In this document: one piece after another, positions 8,999-16,476 of the stretch
How the letters are laid out: the number at the start of each line of letters is the position of its first letter
Numbering within the stretch: position 1 is the first letter of the stretch
Source of the DNA: a bacterium
GTDB taxonomy: Bacteria; Hydrothermota; Tepidihabitantia; Tepidihabitantales; Tepidihabitantaceae
Length of the DNA stretch: 23,245 bases
Direction: 5' to 3'
Assembly (NCBI GenBank): GCA_046485285.1
Contig: JAWOHE010000004.1
Coordinates: forward strand, 1-23,245
The notes under the pieces: generated by a model
The model's input: only the letters and a program-made list of their open reading frames with translations
Told to the model about the DNA's origin: nothing
The model's database searches: none
Made by a program: the position numbers and the translations under genes

Positions 8999-9523
8999 TC
9001 AGGTTCCTTGGATGCCGTCCATCTTATCGGTCGACCCCGGGGTGTCAAGCGACGGCTCGGCCGGTGTCGAAAACTGCCGCGCGAGCCGGTCCAGCACCGC
9101 CTGCGGCTCGGCCGGCAACAGCAGGTGCGCGCCCCGGAACGTGTCGAGGAACGTCGGTCGGGAAAACGGCGACAGCACCACCCCGTTCGCGGTCCGGAAC
9201 CAGCGCCGGAACTGGCTCCACGGCCAGGTGTGGCTGAACAGCCGCTTGTCCACCGTCGCCCCGCGCCGGTCCAGCGTGTAGGTCACCGGCAGGTACCAGG
9301 TGTTCAGCGCCACCGCCAGCACCGCCAGCGTCACGACCGTCAGCAGCAGCCCGAACGCGAAGAGCACGAACGCCGCGAACGCGACCAGCACGCCGCCGAC
9401 AACTGCGCTCTTCGCCGGCGACTCGCGGAACTTGTGGACGGTCCACGTCACGGCATCATCCTCGCCGCTTGACGTCTCTCCGCCCGGCCCGGCGGGCCGG
9501 CCATCCGGTTCGACTGCCGTCAT
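8999..9523 (-). CDS. Hypothetical membrane protein (two TM helices plus a probable PH-like domain)
   Basis: Hydrophobic hairpin followed by YLPVTYTL...WSQFRR...GVVLSPF..P..LD.FRG. Confidence 0.75.
   Translation of the reverse strand: MTAVEPDGRPAGPGGETSSGEDDAVTWTVHKFRESPAKSAVVGGVLVAFAAFVLFAFGLLLTVVTLAVLAVALNTWYLPVTYTLDRRGATVDKRLFSHTWPWSQFRRWFRTANGVVLSPFSRPTFLDTFRGAHLLLPAEPQAVLDRLARQFSTPAEPSLDTPGSTDKMDGIQGT
9021..9048 (-). promoter_or_regulatory. Internal promoter for the DUF3098-like gene and pyrRBC
   Basis: Minus strand TTGACA-16 bp-TAAGAT inside the 3' end of the upstream gene. Confidence 0.6.
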
Positions 9524-9529
9524 CGCCTG

Positions 9530-9557
9530 AGTCTAGGTCGGGCCGGGCAGGGGTCAA
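9530..9557 (-). promoter_or_regulatory. Promoter, leaderless
   Basis: Minus strand TTGACC-16 bp-TAGACT, 6 nt before ATG 9523. Confidence 0.65.
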
Positions 9558-9583
9558 GCACCGCGCCCCGCCCCGGCCGGACC

Positions 9584-9611
9584 TTGACCGCCGCGCACGT
9601 AGCCCTACAAT
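9584..9611 (+). promoter_or_regulatory. Promoter of the PqqD-S26 operon
   Basis: TTGACC-16 bp-TACAAT. Confidence 0.7.
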
Positions 9612-9636
9612 CCCCGAAAGCTCGAAGGGAGACTCG

Positions 9637-9951
9637 ATGGAACAGCCAACCGTCAAACTGGAATCGGTCTACGTCCCGTCCGAGGACATCGTCGCCCGCG
9701 AAATCGAAGGCGAACTGATAATCGTCCCGCTCGCGGCCGGGGTCGGCGACATGGAAGACGAACTCTACTCCCTCAACGACACCGGCCAGGACATCTGGCG
9801 CCGGCTCGACGGCACCGCCAATCTCGCGGCCGTCGTCTCGGCGCTCTCCGGCGAATACCGGGCCGAGCCGGCCGAGATTACCCGGGACGTCGTCGGGCTG
9901 GTCGGGGAACTGCTCAAGCGGGGAATCCTCGTTGAGAAACCCGCCGGCTAG
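9637..9951 (+). CDS. Stand-alone PqqD-family RiPP recognition element (RRE)
   Basis: SEDIVAREIEGELIIVP...ELYSLNDTGQDIWRRLDG...L..EY......I.RDV..LV.EL..RG; GAAGGGAG SD. Confidence 0.9.
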   Translation: MEQPTVKLESVYVPSEDIVAREIEGELIIVPLAAGVGDMEDELYSLNDTGQDIWRRLDGTANLAAVVSALSGEYRAEPAEITRDVVGLVGELLKRGILVEKPAG

Positions 9952-10459
9952 GCCCGCCTGCCGGGGCGCGGGCAGGCCGGCCCTCTCGGTCCGGCCGGGC
10001 AGCGAACTCAACCTCCCGCTCTCGGCCCTGCTCGAGCTGATGCGGGCGGTCCTTGCCCGCGGCCGGCCGTTTCGCTTCCAGGCCCGGGGCTGGAGCATGT
10101 CCCCGTTCATCCGCGACCGCGACGTCATCACCATCGCCCCGCTCGGCTCCGCGCCGCCCCGGACCGGCGACGTCGTCGCCTTCGTCAGCCCCGCGGACGA
10201 ACGGCTCGTCGTCCATCGCGTCGTCGGCCGGCGCGGCACGTCAATGCTCATCCAGGGCGACAACCTGCCCGGCGCGCCCGACGGACTCATCCCGCTGGCG
10301 AGCGTCGTCGGCCGGGTCCGGAAAGTCGAACGTGGCGGCCGGCCCGTCCGGCTCGGCCTCGGCGGCGAACGCCGCGCGGTCGCGCTCCTCTCCCGCAAAG
10401 GCCTGCTCACCCCCCTGCTGACAAAAGCCCGGGCCCTTGTCCGCCGCCTCGCGGAATAA
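9932..10459 (+). CDS. S24/S26-family peptidase (Ser/His, Sec11/SipW-type motifs) with no N-terminal TM; start uncertain
   Basis: GWSMSPFIRDRD, GDVVAF, VVHRVV, QGDN, VVGRV. Confidence 0.85.
   Translation: MRNPPARPACRGAGRPALSVRPGSELNLPLSALLELMRAVLARGRPFRFQARGWSMSPFIRDRDVITIAPLGSAPPRTGDVVAFVSPADERLVVHRVVGRRGTSMLIQGDNLPGAPDGLIPLASVVGRVRKVERGGRPVRLGLGGERRAVALLSRKGLLTPLLTKARALVRRLAE
9952..9978 (-). repeat. Short palindromic REP-like element (copy 2)
   Basis: Reverse complement GGCCTGCCCGCGCCCCGGCAGGCGGGC; 1 mismatch versus 4842-4868. Confidence 0.75.
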
Positions 10460-10619
10460 CCCGTGGCCCATAACCCGTCACGCGAACCCGGGCCGGGTAC
10501 GAATTGTCGAGATCGTGACAACTCCGCAATCGGACGGCCGCAGCACGATCGGAGCTGCAGATGATCGCCCGGCACCGTGTGCCCGGCACGCGACGTTGGG
10601 CGAGCCTGAAGGAGGATTG

Positions 10620-10799
10620 ATGCGCGGTGTACAGAGAAAGGTCTGGCGCAAGCCGAAGCTCAAGGTCCTTGCCCGGGTAAGGACGGAAGAGAGGGCCCTG
10701 AATGGCTGCAAGTGGTATGGAACCGCGCCCGGCGGTCCTTCCTGGCCTTCCATGTGCGGGACCAAGCTCGCGCAGTGTAACGCGTTCTCCCTCAGTTGA
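10620..10799 (+). CDS. Putative RiPP precursor peptide A (59 aa, 3 Cys)
   Basis: GGAGGA SD at 10611-10616; MRGVQRKVWRKPKLKVLARVRTEERALNGCKWYGTAPGGPSWPSMCGTKLAQCNAFSLS; paralogous to 12346-12531. Confidence 0.85.
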   Translation: MRGVQRKVWRKPKLKVLARVRTEERALNGCKWYGTAPGGPSWPSMCGTKLAQCNAFSLS

Positions 10800-10947
10800 T
10801 GGCGTCTGGCCGCGGTTCGTTCCCAGATGGTTCTGGTCCGCCCTGAGCGGGTCAGACTGCAAGGTCGACTGGCACTACCTGCCCTGTCGGGCCGGGTCCG
10901 GAAGCTAGCCCGCCGGCACCAATACCGCCCCGCGGCCGTCCGCCGCC

Positions 10948-12213
10948 TCAGCCCTGTTCCCGACCCCCGCCGCCCCGGTCGAGCCAGTCCGCCAGCGCGG
11001 CCGTGCGGTCCGGCCCGCGGCCGGTAAGCCCGAGCCGCGCGAGGCGCGGCCGCACGAGGTAGCACCAGCCGGACCGCGCGAGGTGCCCGAACCAGCGCGC
11101 CCGCAGCCGGCCCGGGCTCTCCGCGCCGGGCAGACCGCGGTACACCGCGGCCAGCGACTCCCTGGACGGCCACAGCCGCCGCCGGAACACCCCGAATCGG
11201 TCCCCGACCGACCCGGTGCCGACCAGCGCCCGCAGCGGCCGGGCCGCGCCCTGCCGGCACGACGAGAACGCCATCACGCACTCCCGGGCGGTCTCGACCA
11301 CGGCCGGGTCAAACCCACCCGGCACCAGCTCCGCGAGCGCGTCGGCCGGCACCCGGGCCCGGAGCAGGACGCGGGCAAGCTCGAGCCCGAGGCCCGCGTA
11401 GCGCCCGGCGCCCCAGTCCCGGGCGGTCCGCGCGAGCCCGGGCCAGTCGAGCTCGGCGCGAAAGCGCTCGATGACCCGGGCGATGTCGCAGAACGGCAGG
11501 AGCCCGGCCGCGAACTCGTGGTGATAGCCGGCGTGCAGGCAGAGATGCAGCAGCAGGTCCTCCGGGCACAGCGTCCGCACCTCGACGCCCGCCACCCGGG
11601 CCGGCCTTGCCCGCTCCCAGAGCCCGGCAGGGTCGATGCGGAACGGGCTCGCCGGCTGTTCGATGGTCCAGTGGACCTCCACCCACAGGCCCTGCTTGTC
11701 GAACACGCCGAGGTCAGGGTAGGTCCGGCAGGCGGTCTCGATGTCGCCGGCCGCGTTCGCCCAGCCGGCCTCGACCAGCAGGGCCCGGGCCCGGGCCAGC
11801 TCCGCCCGCGGCACGAGCAGGTCAGCGTCGCCCATCGGCCGGAGCGCGATGTTGCCGTAGACGAGCTCGGCCAGCAGCGCGCCCTTCAGCACGACCACCG
11901 GGATCCCGGCACTGCGCAGGCCGCACAGCACCGGCCCGAGCTGGCGGAAGCGGCGGATGTTCCGGTCCGCGGTCCGGTAGTAGGCGCGCCTCAGCCGGGC
12001 CCGTGCGTCGGCCGGGACCGGCTCCGGCCTGTCGCCTGCCTCGAGCCGCCGGTAGAGCAGTGCCGCGACCTGGTGCCGCTCGGCAAGGTCCGCGACCGCC
12101 GCCCAGTCGGCCGGCCGGCATTCGAGCGGCTCGGAACCCTCCTGCAGACAGTCGAGCAGGAACCCGACCGCGACCCGGGAAGACCCGGGGTCAGGCCGCG
12201 TCTCTGCCGCCAT
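10948..12213 (-). CDS. Nucleotidyltransferase family protein (NTP_transf_5-like)
   Basis: LAERHQVAALLY, GIPVVVLKGALLA..VYG...LRPMGDADLLV, VEVHW, LLLHLCLHA, CDIA. Confidence 0.88.
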   Translation of the reverse strand: MAAETRPDPGSSRVAVGFLLDCLQEGSEPLECRPADWAAVADLAERHQVAALLYRRLEAGDRPEPVPADARARLRRAYYRTADRNIRRFRQLGPVLCGLRSAGIPVVVLKGALLAELVYGNIALRPMGDADLLVPRAELARARALLVEAGWANAAGDIETACRTYPDLGVFDKQGLWVEVHWTIEQPASPFRIDPAGLWERARPARVAGVEVRTLCPEDLLLHLCLHAGYHHEFAAGLLPFCDIARVIERFRAELDWPGLARTARDWGAGRYAGLGLELARVLLRARVPADALAELVPGGFDPAVVETARECVMAFSSCRQGAARPLRALVGTGSVGDRFGVFRRRLWPSRESLAAVYRGLPGAESPGRLRARWFGHLARSGWCYLVRPRLARLGLTGRGPDRTAALADWLDRGGGGREQG

Positions 12214-12219
12214 CACGGG

Positions 12220-12247
12220 ATTCTGGACGCTCGGCCGGGGATGTCAA
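12220..12247 (-). promoter_or_regulatory. Promoter of the nucleotidyltransferase gene, leaderless
   Basis: Minus strand TTGACA-16 bp-CAGAAT, 6 nt before ATG 12213. Confidence 0.65.
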
Positions 12248-12251
12248 GAAG

Positions 12252-12277
12252 AGGCCGGGAAGGTGCCTTCCCGGCCT
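12252..12277 (-). terminator. Hairpin, probable terminator after precursor B
   Basis: AGGCCGGGAAGG-TG-CCTTCCCGGCCT perfect inverted repeat, followed by CTTCTT on the minus strand. Confidence 0.55.
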
Positions 12278-12345
12278 GCGGGCGGACAGTGCCTTGTTTT
12301 CAGCCGCACGCAGGAGTGGCGACGGCTGTCAAGGCAGGGAAATTG

Positions 12346-12531
12346 TCAGGTAAGGCCGATCTCGTAGCACTTCTGCCCGGACGCGCCCTTGTAGCACTGC
12401 CATTCCGGGGCCGCGGACGGGCCGGCCTTGTTGGGCGCCTTGCAGTTCTGCAGCACCCGCTCCTCGGCGCGGACCCTCTCAAGCACCATCAACTTCGGCG
12501 TCTGCCACTCTTTCCGCACTGAATCGGTCAT
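12346..12531 (-). CDS. Putative RiPP precursor peptide B (61 aa, 3 Cys)
   Basis: GGAGGAG SD; MTDSVRKEWQTPKLMVLERVRAEERVLQNCKAPNKAGPSAAPEWQCYKGASGQKCYEIGLT; 17/26 identical to precursor A over residues 6-31. Confidence 0.85.
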   Translation of the reverse strand: MTDSVRKEWQTPKLMVLERVRAEERVLQNCKAPNKAGPSAAPEWQCYKGASGQKCYEIGLT

Positions 12532-12610
12532 TATTGCTCCTCCGGGTCGACCCCGCATCTCAACGACTTCCGACCTGACACGACACGACACTCTCCACAC
12601 ATAGCGATAC

Positions 12611-12638
12611 ATCATACCCCCCCCGGCCCCCCTGTCAA
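12611..12638 (-). promoter_or_regulatory. Promoter of precursor B
   Basis: Minus strand TTGACA-16 bp-TATGAT, near consensus. Confidence 0.75.
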
Positions 12639-12732
12639 CCCCTCTCCGGACCGGCCCATTCGGGCCGTGGTTCAAAGTTCATAGTTCAAGGTCCAAAGTT
12701 CAGAGCTCATCGCTCAGCGCTCTCCCTCCGCC
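12639..12732 (-). repeat. Composite intergenic repeat with a heptamer run, left orientation
   Basis: ggttcaa agttcat agttcaa ggtccaa agttcag agctcat cgctcag; close reverse-complement match to 19916-20004 and part of 18441-18500. Confidence 0.85.
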
Positions 12733-12747
12733 CGCCCGCAGGCCTGC

Positions 12748-12775
12748 TTGACTGGTGTCATAAAGACACTATCAT
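12748..12775 (+). promoter_or_regulatory. Promoter of AAA ATPase 1, with an inverted repeat in the spacer
   Basis: TTGACT-16 bp-TATCAT; GTGTC-ATAAA-GACAC at 12755-12769. Confidence 0.7.
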
Positions 12776-12785
12776 CTGTTGCATT

Positions 12786-14006
12786 ATGACAGGCTATCTC
12801 CCGCGCGAGATTGTCCCGCGCCTCGAACGGGCGCTGCGGCGCTTCCCCGCGGTCGTGCTCTCCGGCCTGCGCCAGACCGGCAAGAGCACGCTCCTCCAGA
12901 ACGAACCCGCGCTTGCCCGCGGCCGTGACTACCGGACGCTGGACGACTTCGCGACGCTGGCAGCGGCGAAGACCAACCCCGAGTCACTGCTCGGCCGGGC
13001 GGTGATTCTCGACGAGGTCCAGCGCTGTCCCGAACTGCTGGTTGCCCTGAAGAGGGAGATCGACGAGCGGCCCCGGCCCGGGCGGTTCATCCTGTCCGGT
13101 TCGGCCAACCTTGCGCTCATCGGGCACGTCTCGGAGACGCTGGCCGGGCGGGCCGGCTACTTCACGCTCGAACCGATGACCGGGCGGGAACTGCGCCGCG
13201 AAACCGCCGGCCGTCCGTTCCTCGCCGACTTCCTCGACTCGCCATCACTGCCCGAAGGCAAAGCCGTCCCGGTCAGCGACGAGCTGGTACTCGCCGGCGG
13301 CCTGCCGCCGGTCTGCCTGGGACCGGCCGACAGCGCGGCGGAATGGCTGCGCAGCTACGTCCAGACCTACGTCGAACGCGACCTCCGCCAGCTCTCGCAG
13401 GTCAGCGACCTCATCGCCTTCCGCAACCTGGCCCAGCTCGCGGCGCTGCGCACCGGCCAGGTCCTCGTCGTCAGCATGCTCGCCCGCGACGCCCGGCTCA
13501 ACGCCGTCACCGCCGGCCGCTACCTCGGCCTGCTCGAGGCCTCCTTCGTCCTGCGCCGCCTGCCGCCGTTCCTGAACAACCGGAGCTCCCGGCTGGTCAA
13601 GTCACCGAAACTCCTCTTCACCGACAGCGGCCTGGCCGCGCACCTTGCCGGGGTGACCTCGCTCGCGCCCGGGCGCGACGACTCCCTGCGCGGCTCGCTC
13701 TTCGAGACCTACGTCGGTCAGAACCTGCTCGCGCTCATCGAAGCGCACATTCCCGGGGCGCGGCTGACCTACTGGCACGAACAGGGCCGGCACGAAGTTG
13801 ACTTCGTCATCGAGTCTGGCCGCAAGGTGCTCGCCATCGAAGTCAAGGCCGCGACCCGCTGGCGGGCGGGTGACCTGTCGGGCCTGCAGGCACTCCTCGC
13901 CCGGACGCCGGCCTGCACTGCCGCGGTGCTGGCCTACAACGGCCGGGAAGCGGTCCGGCTCGCGGACCGGCTCTGGGCGATCCCGGTCGGCCGGCTGCTC
14001 GGGTAG
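12786..14006 (+). CDS. AAA+ ATPase (AAA_14 + DUF4143, COG1373-like) with C-terminal PD-(D/E)XK-like motif, copy 1
   Basis: GLRQTGKS, ILDEVQ, LSGSA, ETLAGR, YVQTYVERD, KSPK..FTDSGL, EVDF...IEVK. Confidence 0.92.
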   Translation: MTGYLPREIVPRLERALRRFPAVVLSGLRQTGKSTLLQNEPALARGRDYRTLDDFATLAAAKTNPESLLGRAVILDEVQRCPELLVALKREIDERPRPGRFILSGSANLALIGHVSETLAGRAGYFTLEPMTGRELRRETAGRPFLADFLDSPSLPEGKAVPVSDELVLAGGLPPVCLGPADSAAEWLRSYVQTYVERDLRQLSQVSDLIAFRNLAQLAALRTGQVLVVSMLARDARLNAVTAGRYLGLLEASFVLRRLPPFLNNRSSRLVKSPKLLFTDSGLAAHLAGVTSLAPGRDDSLRGSLFETYVGQNLLALIEAHIPGARLTYWHEQGRHEVDFVIESGRKVLAIEVKAATRWRAGDLSGLQALLARTPACTAAVLAYNGREAVRLADRLWAIPVGRLLG

Positions 14007-14010
14007 CGCT

Positions 14011-14305
14011 CCGGACCATTCGGGCCGTGGTTCAAAGTTCGTGGTTCAGGAGGACTAGTTCAAGGTTCAGAGGGCAGAATTCGGCATTCATCGCTCAGTC
14101 CTCGTGCCGTCCTTTGTGTCTTAGCCCCCGGTCCGCGCCCTTGTCCTCACACACATCACCCCTTCGTGACTTTGTGTTGAATCCTGCCCGCAGCTCAGCA
14201 TTCATCGCTCTGCCCTCGTGCCGTCCTTTGTGTCTTTGCCTCCGGACCGCGTCCTTGTCCTCACATACATCACCCCTTCGTGACTTCGTGTTGAATCCTG
14301 CCCGC
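14011..14305 (-). repeat. Heptamer run followed by two tandem copies of a 114-bp unit (14084-14197, 14198-14305)
   Basis: gcattcatcgctc...cctcgtgccgtcctttgtgtc...catcaccccttcgtgact.tgtgttgaatcctgcccgc occurs twice with period 114; inverted third copy at 16770-16892. Confidence 0.92.
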
Positions 14306-14322
14306 GCCCCTTCAGCTTCGCC

Positions 14323-14351
14323 TTGACACCCTGCCCCACTTGGCCTAGTAT
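14323..14351 (+). promoter_or_regulatory. Promoter for the four-helix-bundle/NDP-sugar dehydrogenase transcript
   Basis: TTGACA-17 bp-TAGTAT. Confidence 0.6.
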
Positions 14352-14479
14352 CGCCAACGTATGAAACAGGCGCAGGCGGAGCCTGAGGTTGAGACGCGCG
14401 CAGCGGCCCGCGCATTGGCCGAACCAACTGCCGGAGACCTGCCGGTCCCGGCGGTCGTCCGGGCGTCGAGGACCACGGT

Positions 14480-14535
14480 GGTTCATGGTTCAAAGTCCAT
14501 TGTTCGTGGTTCGGAGGTCGAACGTCCGGCGTCTG
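14480..14535 (-). repeat. Degenerate heptamer run upstream of the four-helix-bundle gene
   Basis: ggttcat ggttcaa agtccat tgttcgt ggttcgg aggtcga acgtccg gcgtctg. Confidence 0.7.
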
Positions 14536-14622
14536 GGTCACTCGTTCGTGGTCACGCGCCTGTCGTCAGCGTTCGCATCTCACGCCTGCGACTGGCGGTT
14601 CGGCGATGACTGACAGGTAACC

Positions 14623-15039
14623 GTGGGCACGTTCAAGAGCTTCGAGGAAATAGACGCCTGGCAGAAGGCGCGCGAGCTCACGCGGCGCGTCTACGAGGTC
14701 ACGGCGAACGGTCCCTTTGCCCACGACCACGCCCTCCGCGACCAGGTCCGCCGTGCCGGCATCTCGGTGATGTCGAACGTTGCCGAGGGATTCGGCCGGG
14801 GCGGGACGAAGAAGTTCGTCCAGTTCCTCTCAATGGCGCTCGGCTCGACCAACGAGGTCCGCTCGCAGTTGTACGTCGCGCTTGACCAGGAATACATCGA
14901 CGAGCGCGAGTTCGAACTACTGACGTCCCTCGCGCAGGAATGCACGAACCTGATCAGCGGACTGGCCAGGTACCTGCGCGGCTCAGGCCTCAGAGGCACC
15001 AAATTCACCCCTCCCCGAACCTTGAACCTTGAACCTTGA
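14623..15039 (+). CDS. Four helix bundle protein (23S_rRNA_IVP/TIGR02436 family)
   Basis: SFEEIDAWQKAREL...VY..T....F..D.ALRDQVRRA.ISVMSNVAEGFGRG..K.F.QFL..A.GS..EVRSQLYVALDQ.YI; GTG start. Confidence 0.93.
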   Translation: MGTFKSFEEIDAWQKARELTRRVYEVTANGPFAHDHALRDQVRRAGISVMSNVAEGFGRGGTKKFVQFLSMALGSTNEVRSQLYVALDQEYIDEREFELLTSLAQECTNLISGLARYLRGSGLRGTKFTPPRTLNLEP

Positions 15040-15091
15040 ACTTTGAACTTCCCACTCTGAACCATGAACCTTGAACCACAAACCATGAACC
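15015..15091 (+). repeat. 11 tandem heptamers (TTGAACY consensus)
   Basis: ccgaacc ttgaacc ttgaacc ttgaact ttgaact tcccact ctgaacc atgaacc ttgaacc acaaacc atgaacc. Confidence 0.92.
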
Positions 15092-16386
15092 GCCTTATCA
15101 ATCGCCTCAACCGCAAGGAATCCGTCATCGGCATCGTCGGGCTCGGCTACGTCGGCCTGCCGCTGATGCTCCGCTTCGAGGAAGTCGGCTACCGGGTCCT
15201 CGGCTTCGACATCGACGAAGACAAGGTCGCCCGGCTCAACCGCGGCGAGACCTACATCGCCCACATCCCGGCCGCGAGCATCGCCCGGGCCCGCGCGGCC
15301 GGGTTCGAAGCCACCACCGACTTCTCCCGCGCCGCGGAGCCGGACGCGCTGATCCTCTGTGTCCCGACCCCGCTCGACAAGCACCGCGAGCCGGACCTGA
15401 GCTTCGTCCTCGACACGACCGACTCGCTCCTGCCGTACATCCGCGCCGGGCAGGTGATGTCGCTTGAAAGCACCACCTGGCCGGGCACGACCGACGAAGA
15501 ACTCAAACCCCGCGTCGAATCGCGCGGCCTTGAAGTCGGCCGGGACTTCTTCCTCGTCTTCTCGCCCGAGCGCGAGGACCCGGCCAACCCGGACTTCACG
15601 CCCCGGACGATTCCCAAGGTCGTCGGCGGCACGACCCCGGCCTGCCTCGAAGTCGGCAAGGCGCTCTACGGCCAGGTCATCGACAAGCTCGTCCCGGTCA
15701 GCTCGACCCGGGTCGCGGAGATGACCAAGCTCCTCGAAAACATCCACCGCGCGGTCAACATCGGGCTGGTCAACGAAATGAAAATGGTCTGCGACCGGAT
15801 GGGCATCGACGTCCACGAGGTCATCCGGGCCGCCTCGACCAAGCCCTTCGGCTTCGTCCCCTACTACCCGGGCCCGGGCCTCGGCGGGCACTGCATCCCC
15901 ATCGACCCCTTCTACCTCACCTGGAAGGCCCGCGAATACGGCATCAACACCCGGTTCATCGAGCTCGCCGGCGAAATCAACCGCGCGATGCCGGAATGGG
16001 TCGTCGGCAAGGTCGCCGACGCGCTCAACGCCCGCGGCCGGGCGCTCAAGGACAGCAAGGTCCTTGTTCTCGGCATCGCCTACAAGCGCGACGTCGACGA
16101 CCCGCGCGAATCCCCGGCGATGGAGATACTTGAGCTCCTCAGGCACAAAGGCGCCAAGGTCGCCTACTCCGACCCGCACATCCCGGTCTTCCCGAAGATG
16201 CGCGAGTACTGCTTCGACCTCCAGAGCGTCCCGCTCACCCCGGCCACGCTAAAAGAATACGACTGCGTGATTCTCGCCACCGACCACAAAGCCTTCGACT
16301 ACGCCCTCATCAAGAACCACGCCCGCCTCATCGTCGATACCCGCGGCGCGTACCTCGAACCAGCCCCGAACGTCGTCAAAGCCTGA
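15085..16386 (+). CDS. Nucleotide-sugar 6-dehydrogenase (UDP-GlcNAc dehydrogenase WbpA-like)
   Basis: [53 protein letters not shown] (catalytic Cys), [20 protein letters not shown]; start 15085 or 15064. Confidence 0.93.
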   Translation: MNRLINRLNRKESVIGIVGLGYVGLPLMLRFEEVGYRVLGFDIDEDKVARLNRGETYIAHIPAASIARARAAGFEATTDFSRAAEPDALILCVPTPLDKHREPDLSFVLDTTDSLLPYIRAGQVMSLESTTWPGTTDEELKPRVESRGLEVGRDFFLVFSPEREDPANPDFTPRTIPKVVGGTTPACLEVGKALYGQVIDKLVPVSSTRVAEMTKLLENIHRAVNIGLVNEMKMVCDRMGIDVHEVIRAASTKPFGFVPYYPGPGLGGHCIPIDPFYLTWKAREYGINTRFIELAGEINRAMPEWVVGKVADALNARGRALKDSKVLVLGIAYKRDVDDPRESPAMEILELLRHKGAKVAYSDPHIPVFPKMREYCFDLQSVPLTPATLKEYDCVILATDHKAFDYALIKNHARLIVDTRGAYLEPAPNVVKA

Positions 16387-16476
16387 GGGTGGGGCGGAGG
16401 TGAGGGTTGTGTTCGACTGAGATGAACCAGCCCTGCCCCATACCCTAAGCGGACGCAACCCTATCCCCACCCGCAC

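Noticed and set aside
8764-9050. PyrR-binding attenuator upstream of pyrR
   Set aside because: pyrR overlaps the upstream membrane-protein gene; no leader or AGUCCAGAGAGGC-type binding loop seen
9637-12531. Lasso peptide or PQQ biosynthesis cluster
   Set aside because: No asparagine-synthetase-like cyclase, transglutaminase-like B2 protease or pqqBCE; cores lack a ring-forming Asp/Glu at positions 7-9 and the PqqA ExxxY motif
14084-14305. CRISPR array
   Set aside because: Units are 114-bp tandem duplicates with no unique spacers, and no cas genes are present
14361-14609. 82-aa ORF after the 14323 promoter
   Set aside because: Runs through the degenerate heptamer tract and shows no recognisable motif; a leader peptide cannot be excluded but is unsupported
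14623-15039. Diversity-generating retroelement (Avd-like gene plus repeats)
   Set aside because: No reverse transcriptase in the window; repeat differences are not confined to adenines and no copy lies in a target gene 3' end
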